From: an uncultured bacterium
GTDB lineage: Bacteria > Babelota > Babeliae > Babelales > Vermiphilaceae
Length of the DNA: 64,000 nucleotides
Direction of reading: 5' to 3'
NCBI GenBank assembly: GCA_963702025.1
Contig: OY969699.1
Coordinates: 1,248,001 to 1,312,000, forward strand
The notes beneath the pieces are model-generated. The model was given only the letters and a program-made list of their open reading frames with translations, was not told the DNA's origin and did no database searches. Positions 37,545 through 47,760 of this stretch are shown here, piece by piece. Each line of letters opens with the position of its first letter. The first letter of the stretch is position 1. The position numbers and the translations under genes were made by a program.

Positions 37545-38831
37545 TTATTCGATCTCTTGGTCGATGTCAGATTCATAATCAATATTTTCAGAAACCTCGT
37601 CAGAACGATCAGGAGCAGAATCTTCAACTTCTTGAGATCCGCCAAACCAACCCGAAAACAAGTTGAAAATACCTGCAACACCGTTACCTATGGCCCTTAC
37701 CGGGAATGTTACCCAATGCCACAATGTGCCCAAAATGCCACGTGGTTGTTCCTCCTCAGCTTCTTCCTCTTCGCTAGGAACCGCTTTGCACGGTTTTCGA
37801 AGTTTAAGCGCTTGCACTTGCAAATCAATACCCTTTTCCTTGAGGCCCTGCATAAGCTCTTTGCTGCGCTCCACCTCAGTTTGAGCCTTCGTGATTAATT
37901 GATCAAAATATTTGGTATAAGCATCAGCTAAATAGTTATTGATATTGTTAAGATTTTTCCAAAAGGTATCCATGGCGTAATAAAGCTCACGCGCACGTTT
38001 ATCACTCAATTCGCGATTGATCGCTTTAAAGTGATCCCACGATTGCTGCTCATAATGGCGCGCTTGATTTAACTGTTCCAAAAGTTTAATCAGTGCATCA
38101 TCAACTGCATGACTGACTTTCATAATATTTTGAGAAGAAAGTTGTAACTGCTCTAAATTCTTCTTTTCTTCAGCAAGCAATCTTTGTAAATTGCGCGATT
38201 GTTCATCTTGATCTTTTGTTTGCTCTTGGCCGATTTGAGCAGTTAATGTAGCAATAATTTCAGTAAGTTCCCCTTCCTCAAAACCATTTTTTAAATAAAA
38301 TGGATCCAGAATCATATGATCCAATTCATGCCGGCGCGCAAAAAAGCCCATGCGTAATTCAAAAATCTTATCAAAAAGCTGCCTGGTTTTTTCATAAAGC
38401 CGTTCCGCTTTTTCCCACCAGATTTTTTTATAGAGCCAATTTCCTTTTGGTTCAGCCATCTTTTCTGTATCGAGCGCTTTTATCTCAATTTCCTCTTCCG
38501 GCTGCTCAGGCGCTGTAACTGCGATCGGCTGTTCTTGCACAGGGGCAGGAACTGGCTTTTCCGGTTCAGCTTTGGCCTGCTCTTGTAGTTGAACGGCAGG
38601 CGCAACCTCTTGCTCTGGCGCTACCGCTTGTTCTTGGGGAGGTGTTTCTTGCGCAGGCATTTGTTCTGCCGGCGCTTGTTCTGCCGATTCTAGTACCTCT
38701 TGCTTTTGCTCTTGCTCAGCCGGCAGTGCCTCACTAACCGCTTGTGGTTGATTTTGTTCCTGACTTGTCTGTGCAGAAAGGAGCAAATTTATGCTCAGTG
38801 TTATGCATGCAAACATATGTTTTTTTTGCAT
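37545..38831 (-). CDS. Exported coiled-coil hypothetical protein with Q/E/P-rich linker
   Basis: 428 aa with a signal peptide, low-complexity N-terminus and helical core. Confidence 0.75.
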   Translation of the reverse strand: MQKKHMFACITLSINLLLSAQTSQEQNQPQAVSEALPAEQEQKQEVLESAEQAPAEQMPAQETPPQEQAVAPEQEVAPAVQLQEQAKAEPEKPVPAPVQEQPIAVTAPEQPEEEIEIKALDTEKMAEPKGNWLYKKIWWEKAERLYEKTRQLFDKIFELRMGFFARRHELDHMILDPFYLKNGFEEGELTEIIATLTAQIGQEQTKDQDEQSRNLQRLLAEEKKNLEQLQLSSQNIMKVSHAVDDALIKLLEQLNQARHYEQQSWDHFKAINRELSDKRARELYYAMDTFWKNLNNINNYLADAYTKYFDQLITKAQTEVERSKELMQGLKEKGIDLQVQALKLRKPCKAVPSEEEEAEEEQPRGILGTLWHWVTFPVRAIGNGVAGIFNLFSGWFGGSQEVEDSAPDRSDEVSENIDYESDIDQEIE

Positions 38832-38866
38832 ATCAGTTCCTTGATAACGAATTATTGAACGTTACA

Positions 38867-39328
38867 TCAAAGTGTCTGGGAAAGTTCTTTTAACTCGTTC
38901 ATCAGTGCCTTGGAAAGCTCCTCTGCTTCCCATGATGTATAGCTCCAACGTACGCCTGATTCAACTCGAGTTAATACTGACCTATCACTTTTGATATCGA
39001 TGATATCAATACGCACAACATTCATCAATGGATGAACCAATGATGGTGCGCGCACTACTCCTGCACGACCCAAAATGCTGTAAGCAACATTCTCTTCGTC
39101 CAAGAAACAAAGCATAACCTTTTTTTGCCAAACCATGTTATGGTAGCCGGTATGATCTTTATTAATCGTCATCAAGATACTTTCAAGCCCTTTGGGATAC
39201 ACACATTGAATCGGTGTTGTATGCGGAAGTCCCTTTTCGGAGAATGTTGCTAAAACTGCAACGGTTTGTCCACGTTTTAGAATTCTTATTAAATCATCAG
39301 GAAGTTTAATGCCGACATGCTTTGCCAT
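38867..39328 (-). CDS. Pyridoxamine 5'-phosphate oxidase-like (split barrel) protein
   Basis: AVLAT...G.PH, T..N.....V.L and GRA pattern. Confidence 0.65.
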   Translation of the reverse strand: MAKHVGIKLPDDLIRILKRGQTVAVLATFSEKGLPHTTPIQCVYPKGLESILMTINKDHTGYHNMVWQKKVMLCFLDEENVAYSILGRAGVVRAPSLVHPLMNVVRIDIIDIKSDRSVLTRVESGVRWSYTSWEAEELSKALMNELKELSQTL

Positions 39329-39370
39329 AGGTAATCCCACCCTTCGGTTTAGAAAACAATACAATAATTT

Positions 39371-40525
39371 TTAAATTGATAAACGAGCAGCTATATCATT
39401 TTGAACTGCCAAACCTGCCACTGTTAAAACCACTCTATCCTCTTTCACCTGCAAGAATTTATGCTCTTGCAAAAGCTGTAAAGAGTGCTCCATTATTTTT
39501 TTTTGCTCGAGAGGTAATCCCTCAAAAAGATCATGTAGTGATATTCCTTCTGCTCTGCGCAAACCGAGCATGGTACGCTCAAGCATAATTTGCTTATCGG
39601 TTAAGTCTTCACTAAATACGGTTATATCTTCTCCCGCTTCAATTGCTGTGATATATTTCATAAGATTTTTTTGATTGGTAAATCGTGAGCGACCATCAAA
39701 TGAGCATGCGCCAAGGCCCAATCCTTTGTATGGCTTTCGATCCCAATAGATCGAGTTATGCGCGGACCGAAATCCTTTTTTTGCAAAATTAGAAACTTCA
39801 TATTGCTCAATGCCATGTTCTTTTAAAAATTCGATTGTCCATTCATACAACTCAACCATAGCATCATCTTCCACCAGCTTTATCTCATTTCTTTTCACTC
39901 TGAAAAAAAGTGCTGTTTCTTCGTGCACTGTTAAAAAGTATATTGAAATATGTGTAATCGGCCATGCCACCACTATTGCAAGAAGTTCTTTCCATTCTTG
40001 CGCGCTTACGCCTGGCAACCCCAAAATAAGATCTATCGATATATTTTGAAAGTCTTTTGAGGCTCGCTGTACGAGCCATAAAACATCATCTTTTGTTTGT
40101 TTTCGATTTAAATTATTCAAAACTGAATCCTTCAGGCCCTGCACACCAACACTAAGCCTATTTATACCTGCCGCTTTCCAAGTCACCAAATGCGATTCAC
40201 GAACAGTTCCGGGATTAACTTCTATAGTAATCTCACAGTTGTCTTCTATATTGAACTTCTTTCTTAGTGTACCAAACGTGTCAAGTAGGAGACTTTCGGG
40301 CCAGGTACTCGGAGTTCCACCTCCCAGAAAAATGGTATCCAGCGCCAGTTTTGAAGAACCTGATTTGGCAAAGTTTTGAATCTCCTCCATCAAAGCCCTA
40401 TGATATTGCTCCATATAGTGATCTTGCCCTGCAATAGCCACAAAAGGACAAAAATGGCATTTATAAGGGCAAAATGGCCAATGAATATAAAGAGAACGTG
40501 TTGCCGGGAAAAAAGTTGAACTCAT
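39371..40525 (-). CDS. hemW: Radical SAM heme chaperone HemW (HemN-like)
   Basis: LYIHWPFCPYKCHFCPF, GGGTPS, NRLSVGVQ, YEVSNF, HNSIYW and GLGLGA. Confidence 0.9.
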   Translation of the reverse strand: MSSTFFPATRSLYIHWPFCPYKCHFCPFVAIAGQDHYMEQYHRALMEEIQNFAKSGSSKLALDTIFLGGGTPSTWPESLLLDTFGTLRKKFNIEDNCEITIEVNPGTVRESHLVTWKAAGINRLSVGVQGLKDSVLNNLNRKQTKDDVLWLVQRASKDFQNISIDLILGLPGVSAQEWKELLAIVVAWPITHISIYFLTVHEETALFFRVKRNEIKLVEDDAMVELYEWTIEFLKEHGIEQYEVSNFAKKGFRSAHNSIYWDRKPYKGLGLGACSFDGRSRFTNQKNLMKYITAIEAGEDITVFSEDLTDKQIMLERTMLGLRRAEGISLHDLFEGLPLEQKKIMEHSLQLLQEHKFLQVKEDRVVLTVAGLAVQNDIAARLSI

Positions 40526-40533
40526 AATTTTTG

Positions 40534-41052
40534 TTATTTCTGTTGCGCTGAATTGTTGAGAGATATCTGTTTAATGCTATCGCAACAAACATCAATATGG
40601 TGATTGAGCCGATTTTTGAGCGCCTCTTCTTGCGCATATTTCACGCCCGAACTTTCTTGCACCAATGTTGCAATACTCTCCTGAAATTGCGCGGGCAATG
40701 TCGTTTTTTGTAATGCCTGAACCATCTCTTGGTCAGTAAGCCCTTCAAATCTGGTATGAAAATGATGTTGAAAAAATTCTTTAAGGACAGCTGTTAGCGT
40801 AAAGTAGGCACGATGCGCATCTTCGCGCGATGCTATTTGGCCTGAGCGTAACTCGTGCAAAATGCGCAGCGCTTTTTGGGCAGGTGATTCGACTTTTTTT
40901 GCGATAAATCTTTTAATAAGAGGAATTACGAGCGCTATAAACACCGTGAGAGCACAGACTATTGCGCTTATCTTAAATAGAGTTGTCTGCCAAAAGGGCA
41001 CATGCAAATGCCCGTAAATATCTAATAAATCATTCTCTGATACTGGTTTCAT
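40534..41052 (-). CDS. Membrane protein of the DUF58/Bat cluster (DUF4381/BatD-like)
   Basis: L.DI motif, single TM, then ...GLTDQEM; lies downstream of DUF58. Confidence 0.55.
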   Translation of the reverse strand: MKPVSENDLLDIYGHLHVPFWQTTLFKISAIVCALTVFIALVIPLIKRFIAKKVESPAQKALRILHELRSGQIASREDAHRAYFTLTAVLKEFFQHHFHTRFEGLTDQEMVQALQKTTLPAQFQESIATLVQESSGVKYAQEEALKNRLNHHIDVCCDSIKQISLNNSAQQK

Positions 41053-41130
41053 GCAATTCCTTCAAAAAAAAATCGGATAATATTAGTATAGCAAGCATTA
41101 TAATTTATTATAGCCAAAGCATGCTGCTCA

Positions 41131-41997
41131 TCAAACCAAGCGAGCTTTGAAGAAATGAATAAGTTGATCGACAAGCTGATCATTGGTCGCTAAATTCAAG
41201 CAATCAATACGATTTTTTGCAAACAGCTTTTTTTGCTCATCCAAACGCTCATCTAAGGCAGCCTGCAACTTTTTTGCAGTTGATCTTCGCGCGTCAATAA
41301 TAGCCTCTTGCCCTGTCTCACTATCCCGAGCAGTAATTAGCCCTAGTGAAGGGAAATGCATTTCATAGGAATCGGTCACCCGAACCACAATGAGATCATA
41401 CATGCGAGCAACAACTGCAATGTTTTTTTCAAAAGAATGGTCATCAATAAAATCGGAAATCATAATCACCATTGCATTTTTTTTGCGCAATGCAGCAATA
41501 TACTCAAGAGCGCTATTAATATTGGTACCCGCGGAATTGGAGCACAGCGTGAATATTTTTTCAAGAATATTCTGAATGTGCGTTTTCCCTTTAGCCGGCG
41601 GGATATATAATTGTATTGAACTGGCAAAAAGAACTAGTCCCACCTCATCTTTACCCAAATATGCCGCATAGCCAATAAGTGCGGCAATCTGCGATTGAAT
41701 TTCCTGTTTTAATGCACTCCCCGAACCGTACCAACATGAACTTGAACAATCGATTGCCAGTATAACGGTCTTGTATCGCTCATCGGTAAACTCTTTAATA
41801 AGCAACTTATTCATGCGCGCAGAGCTGTTCCAATCTATCGATCTCACGTCATCGCCAATCTGATAATCACGCAGCTGATTAAATTCTAGCCCCGAACCCT
41901 TGGTTACCGAACGAGCATTGCCCAGCAAATTCACTTTCATCAATCGCTTGGTGGCAAGCTCAAGATTCTTTATATGCTGTGCAACGGATGGATTCAT
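41131..41997 (-). CDS. DUF58 (vWA-like, MoxR-associated) protein
   Basis: GSGLEF..LRDY..GDDVRSIDWN.SAR, DCSSS and ISDF. Confidence 0.92.
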   Translation of the reverse strand: MNPSVAQHIKNLELATKRLMKVNLLGNARSVTKGSGLEFNQLRDYQIGDDVRSIDWNSSARMNKLLIKEFTDERYKTVILAIDCSSSCWYGSGSALKQEIQSQIAALIGYAAYLGKDEVGLVLFASSIQLYIPPAKGKTHIQNILEKIFTLCSNSAGTNINSALEYIAALRKKNAMVIMISDFIDDHSFEKNIAVVARMYDLIVVRVTDSYEMHFPSLGLITARDSETGQEAIIDARRSTAKKLQAALDERLDEQKKLFAKNRIDCLNLATNDQLVDQLIHFFKARLV

Positions 41998-43232
41998 ACA
42001 AATAGTGCCTCTTTTTTTAATATATCAGGAATTGTCACCGAACCGTCAGGATTTTGATAGACCTCAAGCAAAGCGACTAATAAGCGTGAAAGAGCTAATG
42101 ATGAACCGTTAAGAGTGTAGACCAATTCGCTCTTGCTTTCGGGGGATCGTTTATAGCGTATCAAGCCTCGCCGTGCTTGGAAATCGGTACAATTACTGAT
42201 CGAAGAAACTTCATAGTATTGTTTTTGCCCCGGCAACCAGACTTCAATATCATATGTTTTTGATGACGCGAATGAGCAATCTTGCGCCGCAAGTAAACTG
42301 ATCCGATAATGCAATCCTAGTTGTCGCAAAATATCTTCCGCACAAGCAAGCATACGTTCTTGTTCTTGATTGGCATGCTCGGGTTCGCAGAGGGTAAATA
42401 GTTCAACTTTTTCAAATTGATGTATACGAATTAATCCGCGTTCATGCGCACCGTAACCACCCGCTTCGCGGCGAAAGCAACTGGTCCAGGCAGTCATGCG
42501 AATTGGCAATTCGGTAGCTGTTAGAATCTTATCGCGATATATATTGCAAAGATTCACTTCAGCAGTCGGAGTTAAGAATAACTTATCTTCAGGAACGGAA
42601 TAAATTTGGTCATGAAATCGAGGCAAATTACTTGAGACAATAAGCGATTGTTCATTAACCAAATACGGTGGCAGAATTGGATCATATCCATGCTTAATAT
42701 TATTTTTGAGCATAAACATACTCAATGCGTACATGATCCGAACGCCATCATTTTTATATAAAACAAAATTACTACCCGTCATGCGTATCGCTGCATCAAA
42801 ATCGATCCAGCCAAGCGCCGTGGCAAGTTCAACGTGATTTTTTACGGGAAAATTTTGCGTAACTTTTGCGCCAAAAGTTTTGATCACTTGATTTGCTTCT
42901 TTGCCGCCGACCGGGATCGATTCTTCGGGAATATTGGGACAACTTAAATACAAATTTCTAAAATTGAGCTCTAATGATTCCAGTTGGGTTTCTTTTATCT
43001 TGAGAATTTTGCCAACTTCTACCGATTGCGTCCGCAATTCTTCCGTTATGCCAGATTTACCCTGTTTGGCAAGCTCATTCTTTTTATGACGCAGCTCTTC
43101 TACTTCCAATCGCAACTTGCGAAGCTGAATGTCCCAATCATATAACTTTTGAGCATCAAAGGTCGGATCTTTTCTTTTCAAAAGTCCGATAATACGCTCA
43201 GGCTGTTCTCGTAAGAGATTTAAATCTATCAT
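41994..43232 (-). CDS. serS: Serine--tRNA ligase
   Basis: LTPTAEV, CFRREAG, GLIRIHQFEKVE, EVSSISNCTDFQARR and TLNGS. Confidence 0.97.
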   Translation of the reverse strand: MIDLNLLREQPERIIGLLKRKDPTFDAQKLYDWDIQLRKLRLEVEELRHKKNELAKQGKSGITEELRTQSVEVGKILKIKETQLESLELNFRNLYLSCPNIPEESIPVGGKEANQVIKTFGAKVTQNFPVKNHVELATALGWIDFDAAIRMTGSNFVLYKNDGVRIMYALSMFMLKNNIKHGYDPILPPYLVNEQSLIVSSNLPRFHDQIYSVPEDKLFLTPTAEVNLCNIYRDKILTATELPIRMTAWTSCFRREAGGYGAHERGLIRIHQFEKVELFTLCEPEHANQEQERMLACAEDILRQLGLHYRISLLAAQDCSFASSKTYDIEVWLPGQKQYYEVSSISNCTDFQARRGLIRYKRSPESKSELVYTLNGSSLALSRLLVALLEVYQNPDGSVTIPDILKKEALFV

Positions 43233-43309
43233 TATTTATCCGATGCATTAATAGCTAAAAGCCTACCAATACAGCAATGATACTGGAAATACCCCCTTTT
43301 GAAAAGGGC

Positions 43310-43339
43310 AAAAAATAAGGCCGCGGATGCGACCTTATT
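43310..43339 (-). terminator. Rho-independent terminator after HU
   Basis: Minus strand reads AATAAGGTCGC-ATCC-GCGGCCTTATTTTTT. Confidence 0.7.
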
Positions 43340-43366
43340 GAGTAAAAGCTTATTCTAAAACGTCAA

Positions 43367-43654
43367 CTAACCAAGCTTAATTGATCGTACAATTTCCCGT
43401 AAGTTTTTGCCCGCTTTAAAACGAGGAACATTAACTGCCGGCAAATCAATACGCTGTTTAGTTGCGGGATTGATTCCTTTACGAGCAGGACGGCGTGAAA
43501 GCCAGAAGCTGCCGAATCCGGTAATAGAAACTTTTTCTCCGCGTTTGAGCGTGCGCTCAATTATACGGGTGAAAGAATCTAAAACGCGTGAAACATCTTT
43601 TTTGCTAAAAGTTGTTTCCTCACTGAGTGAATTTATTAATTCACTTTTATTCAT
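43367..43654 (-). CDS. hup: HU family DNA-binding protein
   Basis: MNKSELI, GFGSF, ARKGINPAT and PRFKAGK. Confidence 0.95.
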   Translation of the reverse strand: MNKSELINSLSEETTFSKKDVSRVLDSFTRIIERTLKRGEKVSITGFGSFWLSRRPARKGINPATKQRIDLPAVNVPRFKAGKNLREIVRSIKLG

Positions 43655-43849
43655 AGTTACTCCTTAGAATGGTTAGATGTTAAAAGACTGCTACTTCATT
43701 AAAACTCTTATTTTTATTTTTACGCTAATGGTTGTAACATAGAGTAATTCTATTTACTAATTTGTCAAATAGAAGCAAAATTATTTACTGATTGCAGTAC
43801 TGTAAAAAATAAATATCGCAAATAAAGACAAAAAATATTTGAGGTTGCA

Positions 43850-44677
43850 ATGTTAATTGATACTCATTGCCATATAAATATGATGGTAAAAAAAGATTTT
43901 GATCGATTGTTGACCACCGATGAAATAAAAGCGGCGGGCGATATAGTCAAAGCCGCTCACGCCAACGGCGTCCATTTTATTGTCAACGTTGGCACTTCAC
44001 TGCCTGAAAGTAAAAATTGTGTCACCTTGGCCAAAGAATTAAAGCCGGTGATTGCCGCAATCGGTATCCATCCCAATGATTTAACCCCTTCATGGCGCAG
44101 TGATTTAAAAGAACTTGCATCATATCTAAAGAATAAGCAGGAAAACAAAGTTGTAGCTATCGGCGAATGCGGTATGGATTTTCATTACCCCGATTATAAC
44201 ATCCAACAACAAAAAGATGCATTTAAGGCGCAAATAGAACTTTCATTGGAACACTCAATTGCACTTATTGTACACACCCGCGATGCCCGCGATGAAACAT
44301 TAGGCGTTATTGAAGAATATATAGGGGATATTACTAAGGGCATAATTCATTGTTTTTCGGAAGATATGGATTTTGCCCGAACGGTAATCGATTGGGGATT
44401 TGCGATCGGCATCGGCGGCACAATAACCTATCCCAAAAATGAGTATCTGCGCACTATTGTTAAGACCGTAAAGCTGGAAAATATAGTATTAGAAACGGAC
44501 GCACCCTTTTTGCCTGTCCAAGAGATGCGCGGTAAACAAAACAGTCCCGCATATATAAAAAACATTGCAGAATATATTGCACAATTACGCAATGAGCCAT
44601 TTGAAAACGTTGCACAAAAAACAAGCGCGGCAGCACAAAAAATATTTGATATTGAAAATTTTAATTATATGTGGTGA
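43850..44677 (+). CDS. tatD: TatD family hydrolase
   Basis: DTHCH, GIHP, IGECGMD, HTRDA, HCFS and ETDAPFL. Confidence 0.95.
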   Translation: MLIDTHCHINMMVKKDFDRLLTTDEIKAAGDIVKAAHANGVHFIVNVGTSLPESKNCVTLAKELKPVIAAIGIHPNDLTPSWRSDLKELASYLKNKQENKVVAIGECGMDFHYPDYNIQQQKDAFKAQIELSLEHSIALIVHTRDARDETLGVIEEYIGDITKGIIHCFSEDMDFARTVIDWGFAIGIGGTITYPKNEYLRTIVKTVKLENIVLETDAPFLPVQEMRGKQNSPAYIKNIAEYIAQLRNEPFENVAQKTSAAAQKIFDIENFNYMW

Positions 44678-45139
44678 TTACCATCTCATCATGCGCCGCA
44701 ATCCAAGATCGAGCCACAAATGAGAAACGGCACCGATAATGAAAAAAAGCGTATCAAAAAAAATAATGCGATTGCAGTCTGGCGCATAGCTACATAAAAA
44801 GAGTGCCGCAACCAAAGGAATAATGATCACAAACCATAATCTATGAAATATTCCCCGATGATTCACGAGCACCGGAACTGCGCAGATAAACCCTAAAATA
44901 ATAAGAGCTTGAATGCGCTCTTTTACGAGCAAAACAACGGCAAGCAATAATGCTATCCAATAAAATAATTTCTGCCCTTTGCTTTTAACATCTACATCCG
45001 GAAATAATGCCCCGGCCAATGTGAATAAAAGCCATTCAATACCAGTTGCCAAGGAAATTACTTGCGTTGTCAGTACAAAATAAATTGCGACTAAGTAGAA
45101 AAAAACACCACCGGCAAGATGGCCCTTATAATTGGGCAT
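44678..45139 (-). CDS. Membrane metal-dependent hydrolase (YdjM-like)
   Basis: H...G, LFPDVD, HRGIFH and SHLWLD. Confidence 0.85.
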   Translation of the reverse strand: MPNYKGHLAGGVFFYLVAIYFVLTTQVISLATGIEWLLFTLAGALFPDVDVKSKGQKLFYWIALLLAVVLLVKERIQALIILGFICAVPVLVNHRGIFHRLWFVIIIPLVAALFLCSYAPDCNRIIFFDTLFFIIGAVSHLWLDLGLRRMMRW

Positions 45140-45154
45140 TACTAATTCCTTTTT

Positions 45155-46318
45155 TTACGTCAAACGCATAAAACTGGTATCGGGATAATAGAAATTTAAT
45201 ACCGATTTATACGAATATCCTTGGCGCACCATTTCCCGTGCTCCCCATTGGCAGAGCCCTAAATGGTGCCCAATCCCTCTGCCGCTAAAAATGACCTTAT
45301 CCGCGTTGACGCACACATCAAAACAGAAACTGCGTACCTTTGCAAGCATTGAATACACTTTTTTACCGGGCAGTGAAATAAGTTTGTGCTGACTCTTAAT
45401 GTGCACCTGTTGCACCAAGCCTGCCTTATCGGTTTTGGCGACCGAAACCTGCTTTATTTTCTTGAGATTTTTATATTCTTTTTTTACCATCTGCTCGAAT
45501 TGTTCCAATGGGTAAGAAGCGGACCAATTATACATTTTACAATCTTTACAAAAGGTACACGGCATTTTGCGAGCCAAATATGGCGCGTGTAAAAAATTTA
45601 CGCCATGAATATCAAACGGCGTAACTCCACCGCAACACGAATCAAACATCGCCACAATTGGCTTACCTTCGTGTGATAGGAATATGCCTCGGGTTTGCTC
45701 AACTGCTTCTTTGAGAACCGGATCGGTGTGCACACCCGAATAGGTCTGATGTTTATTGGTATTTTTTACATGATACGGCAATGTACTATTTTTATTATTA
45801 AGAACTACCCCAATAACATAGCTGCGCGAGGCAATTGCAAATGCTTTATTAACTTCTAATGGCCAACCCGGCCAACTTTCAGTGCGTAGAACTGAACATA
45901 CATACTCTTCCAAATCCAATGAATTAATAAGATAGAGAGTCTGTGCTTGTCTGGTTACCAGTAATGATCCGTGATATTCTTTACCGTCAAACTTTAGATT
46001 GCCCTGCACTGGCAATATATAGAGTGTTTGACTGTCAAATACAACACCATTTACTTCAAAAAACTTTTTTTTATAGGCCACATCTAGTTCGCGCCCTTCA
46101 ATTGCCATCTTTTTTTTTGAGGTTGGATTTACAACGGTAAACCCATATTCTGACCCAATCTGCCAATCAGTTTTTTCATGAATATTTTTTTCTTGTAAAA
46201 GAACCCGTACATGGTAAGTACGTTTTTTGACAGGCTGATTCTGAGGTGCTTCTTGACTGCATAGGGAGAAACTGTGAAAAATAAATAAAATAATAAATAA
46301 TTTACCAGGATATTTCAT
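45155..46318 (-). CDS. SpoIID/LytB domain protein
   Basis: LEEYV.SVL..E, KA.AIASRSY, Q.Y.G, G.GHHLGLCQWGA and FYYP. Confidence 0.92.
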   Translation of the reverse strand: MKYPGKLFIILFIFHSFSLCSQEAPQNQPVKKRTYHVRVLLQEKNIHEKTDWQIGSEYGFTVVNPTSKKKMAIEGRELDVAYKKKFFEVNGVVFDSQTLYILPVQGNLKFDGKEYHGSLLVTRQAQTLYLINSLDLEEYVCSVLRTESWPGWPLEVNKAFAIASRSYVIGVVLNNKNSTLPYHVKNTNKHQTYSGVHTDPVLKEAVEQTRGIFLSHEGKPIVAMFDSCCGGVTPFDIHGVNFLHAPYLARKMPCTFCKDCKMYNWSASYPLEQFEQMVKKEYKNLKKIKQVSVAKTDKAGLVQQVHIKSQHKLISLPGKKVYSMLAKVRSFCFDVCVNADKVIFSGRGIGHHLGLCQWGAREMVRQGYSYKSVLNFYYPDTSFMRLT

Positions 46319-46820
46319 GTTTCTCTAAAAGTGTAATGAACCCCGTTGGAAGTGAAACTTTCTTGTCGATTCCTACATTTGCCATTTCATCTGCTATCTC
46401 ATTCTTTTCGCGCAATACATGCGCAATAGAAAAATGAACACCATGCAACATTTTTTTTGCGAGCATATGCAAAGGAAGAAGCTCGGGATGTTTAACCCGA
46501 TACTCACCTTTAAACTGCTTTACCAAAAGTTCTGAATCAGAAAAAATATCCAAGTGATCGGCAACGCCATCATGTTCATGAAAAAAATAGAGACCAACCA
46601 ATAATGCCGCATATTCTGCTTGATTATTTGTTTTGCTACCCAGATAAAAGCCTTTTTTAACTATCGGTTTATCATTCTTGCACAGATAAATACCAGCACC
46701 TGCTGGCCCGGGATTCTTGCGCGCGGCACCATCAATAAAGAGCCGCCAATGATCGGGATGTTCTTTAGTATTCTTTTCATGCGCATCCGGCGCAAATATG
46801 GTAAGATTATTATGCTTCAT
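46302..46820 (-). CDS. rnhA: Ribonuclease HI (archaeal-like/short type)
   Basis: DGAARKNPGPAGAG, TNNQAEY, SDSELLVKQ and REKNEIAD. Confidence 0.92.
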   Translation of the reverse strand: MKHNNLTIFAPDAHEKNTKEHPDHWRLFIDGAARKNPGPAGAGIYLCKNDKPIVKKGFYLGSKTNNQAEYAALLVGLYFFHEHDGVADHLDIFSDSELLVKQFKGEYRVKHPELLPLHMLAKKMLHGVHFSIAHVLREKNEIADEMANVGIDKKVSLPTGFITLLEKHEISW

Positions 46821-47542
46821 GCTGCATCATTTTTTAATTGGGCTTCTGGCAAATAGAGTAAACGAAAACAATCTTTGCATTGCATAAGCTTTCTGTGTTT
46901 GAGTGCTTGCATATCCTGTGCCGAAACTTTATAAAAACAGGCACTACAACTACCATCAACGACTGGAACAACCGGATCGGTTACCCGTGAACGCATAACC
47001 GCATACTTTTGCAACCATTCTTCCGGAATGCCTTTTTCTTTCTGGACCCGGTCAGCCATTAGTGTGGCGATTTCACCATTAATTTGTTCAATATGTTGAT
47101 TATTTTTTTCTTTATTTTGGTTCGCGGTTTGTTCTTGCTGCTCATAATTCTTGACTGCTCCCTCAAGTTCTTTTTTAGCCAATTCAGCTTGATTCCATGC
47201 GTCAACAAGTACTTGTTCAAGATCATGTTGTGCTTTTTTTATTTTATCTATTTCAGATTTAATGGACTGGTATTCTTTATGATTTGCTACGTTCTCAAGC
47301 CGCTTTTTTTTGTCTGCCTCTTGCTGATCAAGAGTTTTCATTTCAAGTTCTTTAGCATCCACTTCTTTGCGAATATCATGAAACTTGTTTTTCATCACAT
47401 CGAGAGCCTGTTTATTGGCAGCGTCTTGCAGAACAATCTGAGCATTTTCTTTAGTAAGTGAAGCTATAGTGGCATTTAAACTATTGATTTTTTGATCAAC
47501 CTGGACAAGCATAATGAACTGTTCAAAAGGCGTTTGAGTCAT
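46817..47542 (-). CDS. Coiled-coil protein with C4 zinc ribbon (DUF164-like)
   Basis: Long coiled coil, then CSAC...CKDC.RLLY; typical neighbour of RNase H. Start at 47542 or 47554. Confidence 0.88.
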   Translation of the reverse strand: MTQTPFEQFIMLVQVDQKINSLNATIASLTKENAQIVLQDAANKQALDVMKNKFHDIRKEVDAKELEMKTLDQQEADKKKRLENVANHKEYQSIKSEIDKIKKAQHDLEQVLVDAWNQAELAKKELEGAVKNYEQQEQTANQNKEKNNQHIEQINGEIATLMADRVQKEKGIPEEWLQKYAVMRSRVTDPVVPVVDGSCSACFYKVSAQDMQALKHRKLMQCKDCFRLLYLPEAQLKNDAA

Positions 47543-47603
47543 GCGCTTCTCCAATAAGAATTGTTTTATTAATTATAGCTGAAAGCTAATTGTGCCTTCC
47601 TTT

Positions 47604-47760
47604 AAAGAACTGACCGTGCCAGTCCAGCCTTCGCTTATCCACGCCTTCCGGCTTGGCAAGCTACGGCGGACAGCCTACGCTTGGTGCTATAATGTCAACT
47701 TTTCGTCTCAAATCAATCCTTCAAAGAACTGGCCGTGCCAGCCGAAGCCTTGGCGTAGGC
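47604..47760. repeat. Composite hairpin/direct-repeat cluster downstream of tRNA-Ile2
   Basis: Direct repeat AAAGAACTG(A/G)CCGTGCCAG at 47604-47622 and 47723-47741, a trailer hairpin, and an inverted copy of the tRNA-Leu trailer. Confidence 0.7.

Noticed and set aside
37362..37898. 178-aa plus-strand ORF
   Set aside because: Antisense to tRNA-Leu and to the 37545-38831 gene; a shadow ORF.
46302..47600. RNase P RNA near the zinc-ribbon and RNase H genes
   Set aside because: No rnpB conserved motifs were found, and the genes overlap or leave too little room.
47604..47741. Direct repeats as a mini CRISPR array
   Set aside because: Only two 19-bp copies about 100 bp apart, and no cas genes in the window.
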